From an uncultured Actinomycetes bacterium (GTDB lineage Bacteria > Actinomycetota > Thermoleophilia > Gaiellales > Gaiellaceae): 64,000 nt of DNA. The stretch's first letter is position 1, and every line of letters begins with the position of its first letter. The DNA lies in contig CAVZOM010000003.1 of NCBI GenBank assembly GCA_963776955.1, forward strand, positions 176,544 to 240,543. The letters run 5' to 3'. Below, one piece after another: positions 12,952-19,902 of this stretch. The translations under genes and the position numbers were made by a program. A model generated the notes under the pieces. That model was given only the letters and a program-made list of their open reading frames with translations. It did not search any database and was not told the DNA's origin.

Positions 12952-13080
12952 TCAGATGCTCTTCGTCGGTGGGCGCTGTGCGAGACGCACCGCGATATAG
13001 ACGACGGCGCCGAGGAGCGCGATCCAGAACCCCATCATGAAAGTCATCCAGATCCAATCCCATCCGGCCATGTCGTGCAT
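12952..13080 (-). CDS. 42-aa single-pass membrane peptide upstream of copA
   Basis: The ATG at 13080 is preceded by AAAGGAG at 6-nt spacing. The peptide 'MHDMAGWDWIWMTFMMGFWIALLGAVVYIAVRLAQRPPTKSI' resembles the TM part of SHOCT-type small membrane proteins but has no SHOCT domain. Confidence 0.5.
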   Translation of the reverse strand: MHDMAGWDWIWMTFMMGFWIALLGAVVYIAVRLAQRPPTKSI

Positions 13081-13126
13081 CGTTCGCTCCTTTCTTCGAT
13101 GCTCAATGGAGTCTCCGGAGCGAACG
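13081..13126 (-). promoter_or_regulatory. SD-sequestering hairpin candidate in the leader of the 42-aa ORF
   Basis: CGTTCGCTCC (13081-13090) and GGAGCGAACG (13117-13126) are perfect 10-nt inverted repeats. In the minus-strand mRNA the arm next to the ATG contains the GGAG of the SD. Confidence 0.35.
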
Positions 13127-13199
13127 AACGGCTGGCATCGGTGAAACTCCATATCTCCATGGGGGGGAACTACGGATCCGGTCGCGGCCTACGGACGAG

Positions 13200-14908
13200 C
13201 TACTCCGCGTAGAGCCGTCTCCAACTCGGATGCGAAGTTCTCCTCCACCACCCGCCGCTTCAGCTTCAGCGTCGGCGTGATCTCGTTCTCCTCAGGCGAG
13301 AAGTCGCGCGGGAGGATCTCGAAGCGGCGGACCTGCTCGAAGTGGGCGAGGTCGGCGTTGACGCGCTCGACTGCCTCTGCGACGAGCGCTCTCGGCGTCC
13401 TGGCTGCCGTCGAGCTTGGCCACCTCGTCCGGGTCGAGCGTGAGCAGCGCGACGAGATACGGCCGGCGGTCGCCGACGACGAGCGCCTGCGAGACCCACG
13501 GGATTCCCTTGAGCAGCCTCTCGATGTTCTGCGGCGAGACGTTCTTGCCGCCGGCGGTGACGATGATGTCTTTCTTGCGGTCGGTGACCGTCAGGAAGCC
13601 GTCCTCGTCGATCTCGCCGACGTCGCCGGTGTGCAGCCATCCGTCTCCCGGGCAGGACTGCGCGCGTCGCTTCCTCGTCTTTGTAGTAGCCGGCGAAGAC
13701 GGTCGGGCCCCTTGATCAGGATCTCGCCGTCCTCGGCGGTTGCGACCTCGATGCCCGGGATCGGCGGCCCGACGGTGCCGAACTTGAAGCGGTTCGGGCC
13801 GGTTGACGTTCGAGGCCGTCGTCTCCTCGGTCTGGCCGTATCCCTCGAGGATGAGGATGTCGAGCACGTGGAAGAACTCGCCGATCTCCTTCGGCAGCGG
13901 AGCGCCGCCTGAGATCGCGGCGCGCAGCCGTCCGCCGAGTCGCGCCTTGACCTTCGAGTAGACGAGGCGGTCGGCCAGGCGGTGCTTGAGCGCGAGGCCC
14001 GGCCGGCACCGGCTCCTGTCGCTGGCGGAGCTCGCTGACCTCCTTGCCGACGGCGAGCGCCCAGTCGATGAGGCGCCGCTTGACGCCCGTCGCGGCGGCG
14101 AAGTTCGCGGAGACTGCGGTGTGCACCTTCTCGAGCACGCGCGGCACGGTCGGCAGGACGGTCGGGCGCACCTCCGGCATCACGTCGCCGATTCGCCTCG
14201 GGTCGGGCAGGAACGCGACCGTGTAGCCGAGGTGCGCGCCTAACAGGTGCATGAGCCGCCCGAAGTTGTGGGCGAGCGGCAGGTAGAGGAGCATCACGTC
14301 GGTCGGGAGGAAGAAGTCGGCGATCTCGTCGATCACGCCCGACCATGTCGTAGTAGTTGCGGTTCAGGATCATGCAGCCCTTGGGCGGGCCGGTCGTGCC
14401 GGACGTGTAGATGAACGTGAAGAGGTCGTCGTCGTCGATCTGCTCCCGTGCCCGCTCGAGCGCGTCGGGGTTGGCGGCGGCATGCTCGCGGCCGAGCGCG
14501 CGCAGCTCGGGCAGCGTTTCGACCGTGTAGACGTGCTGCGGCCGCGCGCCCTCGATCTTGGCCAGCAGCTCGTCGTCCTCCGACGAAGCAGCCGACGACG
14601 TTCGAGTGCTCGAGGATGTAGCAGCACTCTGCGGCCGTGCTCGACGGGTAGATGGGGGCCGGAACTGCGCCGATCTGCGCGAGCGCGAAGTCCAGCAGCA
14701 CCCACTCGAGGCGCGTGCGCGCGAGCATGCCGAACGAGTCGCCCTTCTTGATGCCCAGGGCGAGCAGCCCGTGCGCGAGCTCGTCGACCGCTTCGGCGGC
14801 CTCGGCCTGCGAAACCTCGCGCCAACCGCCGTCCTCCTCCACCAGATAGGCCGGTCGCGTGCGCTCCTCGGCGAGCGCGTCCTGCCAGAGCTTCCAGATC
14901 GTCCGCAT
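13200..14908 (-). CDS. Long-chain-fatty-acid--CoA ligase (AMP-dependent synthetase, FadD-like); several frame changes
   Basis: Motifs seen: 'FIYTSGTTGPPKGCM', 'GYGQTE', 'WLHTGDVGEIDEDGFLTVTDRKKDIIVTAGGKNVSPQNIE', tail 'TPTLKLKRRVV'. Pieces lie in ORFs 14333..15022, 13591..14373, 13716..14336 and 13292..13867. Confidence 0.85.
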
Positions 14909-14992
14909 TTGCAGCAGAAGATTACGGGACGGTTGCGGGAGGAAAAGACCGGTCCAAGTACAATTGGTTCTCCTCATGCGCACGATCTGGAA
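14892..14992. repeat. 17-nt inverted repeat (16/17 match) covering the first five codons of both divergent genes (fadD-like and ku)
   Basis: TTCCAGATCGTCCGCAT (14892-14908) matches the reverse complement of ATGCGCACGATCTGGAA (14976-14992). Both proteins therefore start 'MRTIW'. Confidence 0.7.
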
Positions 14993-15842
14993 CGGCTCCA
15001 TCAGCTTTGGGCTGGTCAACATCCCGGTCGGGCTCGCGCTTGCGACGAAGCCCGCCGCCCGTCAGTCGGACGTGTCGTTCCGCCAGCTGCACCGTGAGTG
15101 CATGACGCCGATCAAGCAAAAGCGCTGGTGCGAGGTGCACGACCGCGAGGTCGGGCGCGACGAGATCGTCAAGGGCTGGGAGGTGGCGAAGGGCGAGTTC
15201 GTCGTCGTCGAGGAGGCCGACCTCGAGGCGATCATGCAGATCGACGACTCGAAGTCGATCGAGATCACGCGCTTCGTCGACGCGGCCGAAGTCGATCCCG
15301 TCTACTTCGACCGAACGTACTACCTCGCGCCGGCGAGAGAGACTGCGGCGCAGCGACCGTACGTGCTTCTGCTGCGCGCGATGCAGGAGACCGGGAAGGC
15401 CGCGCTGGGGCGGTTCGTCCGCCAGGGCGCGGAGCACCTCTGCCTGATTCGGCCGAAGGGCGATGCGCTTGCGCTCGAGACGATGTTCCTCGCCGAGGAC
15501 GTCAACTCCCAGGCCGAGATCGAGGAGGCCGTCTCGAGCAGCGAGGTGAAGGACGCCGAGCTCGGGCTCGCGCAGCAGGTGATCGACAGCCTCGTCGGAG
15601 AGTTCGAGCCCGAGGAGCTGACGAGCGAGTACCGGCAGAACCTCAAGCAGATGCTCGAGGCGAAGCTCGACGGCCAGGAGATCGCGAAGCCGGAGCAGCC
15701 GGAGCCCGAGGCGCCCGTCGTCGACCTCATGGACGCGCTCAGGCAGAGCGTCGCCGAGGTCAAGGACACGAAGCCGGCAAAGAAGTCGCGGGCCTCGAAG
15801 AGCACGTCACGGAAGCGCGTGGCGGCTCGCAAGAGCGCTTAG
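14976..15842 (+). CDS. ku: Non-homologous end-joining protein Ku
   Basis: Intact ORF. 'MRTIWNGSISFGLVNIPVGLALATK' is the canonical bacterial Ku N-terminus. 'YFDRTYYLAP' and the basic tail 'KPAKKSRASKSTSRKRVAARKSA' are also present. Confidence 0.92.
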   Translation: MRTIWNGSISFGLVNIPVGLALATKPAARQSDVSFRQLHRECMTPIKQKRWCEVHDREVGRDEIVKGWEVAKGEFVVVEEADLEAIMQIDDSKSIEITRFVDAAEVDPVYFDRTYYLAPARETAAQRPYVLLLRAMQETGKAALGRFVRQGAEHLCLIRPKGDALALETMFLAEDVNSQAEIEEAVSSSEVKDAELGLAQQVIDSLVGEFEPEELTSEYRQNLKQMLEAKLDGQEIAKPEQPEPEAPVVDLMDALRQSVAEVKDTKPAKKSRASKSTSRKRVAARKSA

Positions 15843-16053
15843 CCGCTCGCGCGCTCTGGGACGCCGCAGGCGGTGCGGGGCCGGAGGGCACAGTGCTTCT
15901 TGGGCACGGGCCCGGAGAGCACCGTACCGTCTGCGGCGTCAGGCTGGGTCGGAGCTGGCTTCACCCCGGTGAAAACCAGCCGGCCAGTGCGTGCGAGAGC
16001 CGCCTCGAAGGGCGGCTCCCGGAAGCGCGTGGCTGCTCGAAAGAGCGCCTAGC
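15791..16053 (+). repeat. Imperfect ~53-bp direct repeat duplicating the ku 3' end 210 bp downstream
   Basis: 15791-15843 (GCCTCGAAG...CGGAAGCGCGTGGCGGCTCGCAAGAGCGCTTAGC) matches 16001-16053 (GCCTCGAAG...CGGAAGCGCGTGGCTGCTCGAAAGAGCGCCTAGC). The second copy encodes '..SRKRVAARKSA*' in the ku reading frame. Confidence 0.6.
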
Positions 16054-16062
16054 GGTTCTTTC

Positions 16063-16242
16063 TTACGAGGCGAGAGCCTCGGGTGGGCGCGTGCCCAACG
16101 CCGCGAGCTGCGCCTGGAAGAGGGTCTTGTCGATCTTGCCCTGGTAGATCGGCACGCCTTCCTGCATGCAGACCCGGATCACTTCCTGGCGATCGAGTCC
16201 CATCTCCTTCGACAGCTCCTCGGGCGTCAGGTGATTCGCCAT
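16063..16242 (-). CDS. 59-aa protein with an IF2_N-like/HTH-like fold (hypothetical)
   Basis: The ATG at 16242 is preceded by AAAGGAGGAG. 'MANHLTPEELSKEMGLDRQEVIRVCMQEGVPIYQGKIDKTLFQAQLAALG...' fits the pattern of the IF-2 N-terminal region domain. It is below the 60-aa cut-off of the ORF track. Confidence 0.5.
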   Translation of the reverse strand: MANHLTPEELSKEMGLDRQEVIRVCMQEGVPIYQGKIDKTLFQAQLAALGTRPPEALAS

Positions 16243-16279
16243 GCCGCTCCTCCTTTATGCGGTTACCGATTGAGGGCGC

Positions 16280-16313
16280 AAAAAAGCCCGCCGGCTCGTG
16301 GCGCGGTCGGGCT
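16280..16313 (-). terminator. Rho-independent terminator downstream of the nif3-like gene
   Basis: The minus strand reads AGCCCGACCG-CGCCACGAG-CCGGCGGGCT followed by TTTTTT. Confidence 0.6.
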
Positions 16314-16420
16314 GGGTTTCGGCCTTGGATTTTCACGCGGAGCTCAGACACCCCGCGCGTCGGAAACAATCACGGCTCGAACTTTACTGCCACCTCCCGA
16401 CGGCCGCAACGCCCATGGAG

Positions 16421-17164
16421 TTAGACCGGGTTCGGCAGGTCGATGAACTCCCACTCGAGGTCGAACCGCTGCGCGAGTCGCTCTGTGAGCGCCTGGATGC
16501 CGATTCGCTCGGTTGCGTAGTGTCCTGCGGCCACGAAGTGGATGCCGAGCTCGCGCGCGATGTGGAGGCTCGGCTCCTCCGGCTCGCCGGTGAGGAAGAG
16601 GTCGTAGCCCTCGCGTGCGGCGTCTGCCAGGTGCTTCCCTGCGCCGCCGGTGACGACCGCCGCCCTCTGCACCAGGTCGGGCCCGTGGGCGAAGACGATC
16701 GGCTCGCTGTCGAGGGCGTCCTGTACCCGCCCGACGAACTCGTCGACGGTCGCCGGCTCGGCCAGCCGCCCGCCGTAGCCGATCCCGGCGAAGCGCTCCG
16801 CCGGCTCGATCCCGAGCTCACGGGCCAGGAGGGCGTTGTTCCCGACCTCCGGATGCGCGTCGAGCGCGAGGTGGTACGCCGCGAGCGTGATGTCCGCGTC
16901 GAGCAACGTCTTCAGGCGCCGCACGGCGGCGTCGTCGATCACCCTTGGAGCACTGTCCCAGAGCAGGCCGTGGTGAACGAGGAGCATCTCCGCGCCCGAG
17001 TTCGCGGCCCGCTGGAAGAGCTCGAGCGAAGCCGACACGCCACAGGCGATCCGAGACACTTCTCGCGCACCCGCAACCTGCAGGCCCATCGGCCCGTAGT
17101 CCGGGTAGGCGTCGAGCTCGAGCAGCTCGTCGGCGAAGGCGAGGATCTCGTCGCGGTCGGCCAC
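16421..17164 (-). CDS. Nif3-like dinuclear metal-centre protein (GTP cyclohydrolase 1 type 2 homologue)
   Basis: Intact 247 aa. 'PMGLQV.G...V..I..GVSASLELFQRA...GAEMLLVHHGL' and the C-terminal 'AAGHYATE' are typical of the NIF3/YbgI family. Confidence 0.85.
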   Translation of the reverse strand: MADRDEILAFADELLELDAYPDYGPMGLQVAGAREVSRIACGVSASLELFQRAANSGAEMLLVHHGLLWDSAPRVIDDAAVRRLKTLLDADITLAAYHLALDAHPEVGNNALLARELGIEPAERFAGIGYGGRLAEPATVDEFVGRVQDALDSEPIVFAHGPDLVQRAAVVTGGAGKHLADAAREGYDLFLTGEPEEPSLHIARELGIHFVAAGHYATERIGIQALTERLAQRFDLEWEFIDLPNPV

Positions 17165-17183
17165 CGGACGATCTTATGAAGTC

Positions 17184-17534
17184 CTAGGCCGGAGCGGCCG
17201 CGAACGGGATGTCGGCGGCGGCCTCCTTTCCCGGTGGCGGAGACAGGAACTCGACGCGGTTGGCGACGACCTCGATTGCGTTCCGCTTGTTGCCGTCCGT
17301 GTCCTCCCACGAACTGCTCCGCAGGCGTCCGTCAACACCGACCTTACGCCCCTTCGCGAGGTACTGGGCGCAGAGCTCCGCCTGCTTGTTCCAGGCCGAG
17401 ACGCGGACGAAGTCGGCCTCATCCTTGCCCGGCCGATTCACCGCCAGCAGGAAGTTCGCGACCTGGCGGTCGTCCCCGACGTCGCGCAACTCGACGTCCG
17501 AGGCCAGATTGCCGATCAGCGTGACGACGTTCAC
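17184..17534 (-). CDS. ssb: Single-stranded DNA-binding protein
   Basis: The GTG at 17534 is preceded by AGAGGAGG. The OB fold 'NVVTLIGNLASDVELR...FLLAVNRP....ADFVRVSAWNKQAELCAQYLAKGRKVGVDGRLRSSSWED.DGNKR' and an acidic tip '..ADIPF' are present. Confidence 0.85.
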   Translation of the reverse strand: MNVVTLIGNLASDVELRDVGDDRQVANFLLAVNRPGKDEADFVRVSAWNKQAELCAQYLAKGRKVGVDGRLRSSSWEDTDGNKRNAIEVVANRVEFLSPPPGKEAAADIPFAAAPA

Positions 17535-17764
17535 GCGTACCTCCTCTGTTGACTGAGAAGGCAACGCTACTGTCAAAAGTGTGACGGCACAGTGTCGGAA
17601 CCGTGCCGTCTCCGGCTTCCTGACGCGTTGCTGAGCGTCCGTATGCGAGTGGGACAGTGTTTGGGTCACACGGCCCGCTCGCAGGAGGGCGCTCAGCGGC
17701 GCGAGGCGGCGGCGGAGCCGGGCTTTGCCCGGCGGGAGCCGACGCCGGTCAGGGAGGCGGTCAA

Positions 17765-17838
17765 TCGGGGTGCCCAGATTTGAACTGGGGACCTCTCCGA
17801 CCCGAACGGAGCGCGCTACCAGGCTGCGCCACACCCCG
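17765..17838 (-). tRNA. tRNA-Pro (anticodon CGG)
   Basis: The minus strand reads CGGGGTGTGGCGCAGCCTGGTAGCGCGCTCCGTTCGGGTCGGAGAGGTCCCCAGTTCAAATCTGGGCACCCCGA. It forms a full cloverleaf with anticodon loop TTCGGGT. No CCA is encoded. Confidence 0.9.
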
Positions 17839-17886
17839 AGAACCGTGACAGGTTAGCTCAGAATCACCCCGGTATCCTGGGGCCCG

Positions 17887-18723
17887 ATGGCAGACCGGAT
17901 CCGTGTCGCATGCGTCCAGCTGACGAGCGGTCGCGACAAGGCGGCCAACCTCGAGAAGGCCGAGAAGCTCGTCGCTCAGGGAGCAGCGACTGGGGCAGAC
18001 GTCGTCGCGTTGCCCGAGAAGTGGAACGTCATCGGCCCGCCGGACGTGCTGCACGAGACGGCCGAGACCATCGACGGGGGCGAGTCGGTAGAGGCGATGC
18101 GCCGCTGGGCGAAGGCGCTCGGTGTGACGCTCGTCGGAGGCTCGATCACCGAGCGGCGCGAGGGTCGCGAGAAGCTCTCCAACACGTGCCTCGTCTTCGA
18201 CCCCGAGGGTGAGCTCGTCGCCACCTACCGCAAGATCCACCTGTTCGACGTCGAGGTCGGCGGGCTGACCTACCGCGAGTCCGAGGCCGAGGAGCACGGC
18301 GAGGAGCCGGTCGTGGCCGAGGTCGAGGGCTGGCCCGTCGGGTTGACCATCTGCTACGACCTCCGCTTCCCCGAGCTCTATCGCGTGCTGGCCCTCGAGG
18401 GAGCCCTGCTCGCGACCGTTCCGGCGCACTTCACGCTCTACACCGGCAAGGACCACTGGCACCTGCTCCTGCGGGCGCGCGCGGTCGAGAACGGCTTCTA
18501 CGTCGCGGCTCCGGCGCAGGTCGGGGAGACGGGGATCGGCCGGCCGAGCTACGGGCGCTCGCTGATCGTCGACCCGTGGGGCACCGTGCTCGCCCAGGCG
18601 CCGGACGAGGAGACGGTGATCTCGGCCGAGCTCGACCGGGCGTGGCTCGAGGAGGTGCGGCGCCGCCTGCCGTCCCTGTCCCAGCGCCGCCCCGAGGCGT
18701 ATCGCTGGCCCGCGCCCGCGTGA
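17887..18723 (+). CDS. Carbon-nitrogen hydrolase family protein (Nit/omega-amidase-like)
   Basis: Intact 278 aa. The E-K-C triad context is 'VVALPEKW', 'YRKIHLF' and 'LTICYDLRFPE'. Confidence 0.85.
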   Translation: MADRIRVACVQLTSGRDKAANLEKAEKLVAQGAATGADVVALPEKWNVIGPPDVLHETAETIDGGESVEAMRRWAKALGVTLVGGSITERREGREKLSNTCLVFDPEGELVATYRKIHLFDVEVGGLTYRESEAEEHGEEPVVAEVEGWPVGLTICYDLRFPELYRVLALEGALLATVPAHFTLYTGKDHWHLLLRARAVENGFYVAAPAQVGETGIGRPSYGRSLIVDPWGTVLAQAPDEETVISAELDRAWLEEVRRRLPSLSQRRPEAYRWPAPA

Positions 18724-19421
18724 ACCTGCGCGCAGTCCTCTTCGACGTCGACTTCACGCTCGCCAAGCCGGGGCCCGACCTCGGGCCTGAGGGGTACCAG
18801 CTCCTGGGCAGGCGATTCGGGCTCGAGCTCGACCCCAGCCGCTACGCCGAGGCCCGCGCCGCAGCGGTCGAGACCCTCGAGCGGCATCCGGAGCTCGACC
18901 ACGACGAGGAGGTCTGGGTCCTCTTCACCCAGCGCATAATCGAAGGCATGGGCGGGAGCAAGGACCGCTCGTACGAAGCCGCCGTCGAGATGACGCACGC
19001 CTGGGAGCACGCCCACAACTTCGAGCTCTACGAGGACACGTTGCCGGTCCTGACGGCGCTCCGCGAGCACGGCCTGAAGATCGGGCTCGTCTCGAACACC
19101 GGCCGCGACCTCGACGCGTTCGTCGCGCACCATGCGCTCGACGTCGACGTGGCGGTCGGTTCCGGCAAGCACGGGAAGACGAAGCCGCATCCGGCCATCT
19201 TCCTCGCGGCGCTCGAGCGGCTCGGGGTCGCGGCGGAGGAGGCGGCGATGGTCGGCGACTCGCTCGAGGACGACGTCGACGGCGCGAAGGCGCTCGGCAT
19301 GCGCGCCTTCCTCGTCGACCGGGAGGATCGCTACGCGGACGTCGAGGACCGCCTGCCGGACCTGCTCGCGCTCCCTGCGGCGCTCGGGCTCAGCGGCACA
19401 CCGCCTCCCCCAGGCGGCTGA
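18720..19421 (+). CDS. HAD-superfamily hydrolase
   Basis: The GTG overlaps the upstream stop (GTGA). Motifs seen: 'VLFDVDFTL' (DxD), 'LVSNT', 'GKTKPHP', 'VGDSLEDDVDGA'. Confidence 0.8.
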   Translation: MNLRAVLFDVDFTLAKPGPDLGPEGYQLLGRRFGLELDPSRYAEARAAAVETLERHPELDHDEEVWVLFTQRIIEGMGGSKDRSYEAAVEMTHAWEHAHNFELYEDTLPVLTALREHGLKIGLVSNTGRDLDAFVAHHALDVDVAVGSGKHGKTKPHPAIFLAALERLGVAAEEAAMVGDSLEDDVDGAKALGMRAFLVDREDRYADVEDRLPDLLALPAALGLSGTPPPPGG

Positions 19422-19902
19422 GCCCGAAGCCCCAGACCTGCTCGTCGACGACGTAGAACGAGGTGACGACGCGGCCCCGGCGCATCGTCAGGGCGGAGTA
19501 CCGGCCGCAGTCGACGCGGAAGAGCGAGCCGTACACGGCCGAGACGCGGAACTGCGGGTCGCCGATGCGCAGTCCTTGCGGAGTTCGCCATCCAGGCGGG
19601 CTCCACATCGTGAAGAGGGCGGCCGCGCGCCCGCGACGGAACGTCACGCCGGCGCCCTGAGGCTCGAACTTCCTGCGGTTGAAGTACCAGGTCTCGGCTC
19701 GGCAGTCCCGGCAGACGCCGTATCGCGTCCCCCAGGCCGAGCGCACCTGTCCGCGGGTCGCGCCGAGGGCCAGGCCGCCGAGAGTCCGCCCAGGCACGAC
19801 CAGTCCTTCGCGCGGAGGCGCTCCCGCAGCGGACGGCGCGACGAGCAGCGCGAGGCCGGCCGTCAGCGCGAGACCGAGCCGCACCATTCGGAGTCGGCGC
19901 AC
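19390..19902 (-). CDS. Hypothetical secreted protein
   Basis: Intact 170 aa with the signal peptide 'MVRLGLALTAGLALLVAPSAAGA'. It overlaps the 3' end of the upstream LOX-like gene by 40 nt on the same strand. No family recognised. Confidence 0.5.
   Translation of the reverse strand: MRRLRMVRLGLALTAGLALLVAPSAAGAPPREGLVVPGRTLGGLALGATRGQVRSAWGTRYGVCRDCRAETWYFNRRKFEPQGAGVTFRRGRAAALFTMWSPPGWRTPQGLRIGDPQFRVSAVYGSLFRVDCGRYSALTMRRGRVVTSFYVVDEQVWGFGLSRLGEAVCR

Noticed and set aside
15843-16052. Stop-codon read-through or a longer authentic Ku extending to the second '...SRKRVAARKSA*' tail.
   Set aside because: The intervening 43 residues ('PLARSGTPQAVRGRRAQCFLGTGPESTVPSAASGWVGAGFTP') have no Ku-like or low-complexity basic character. 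An open 70-codon frame is not significant at this GC content. It is reported only as a duplication.
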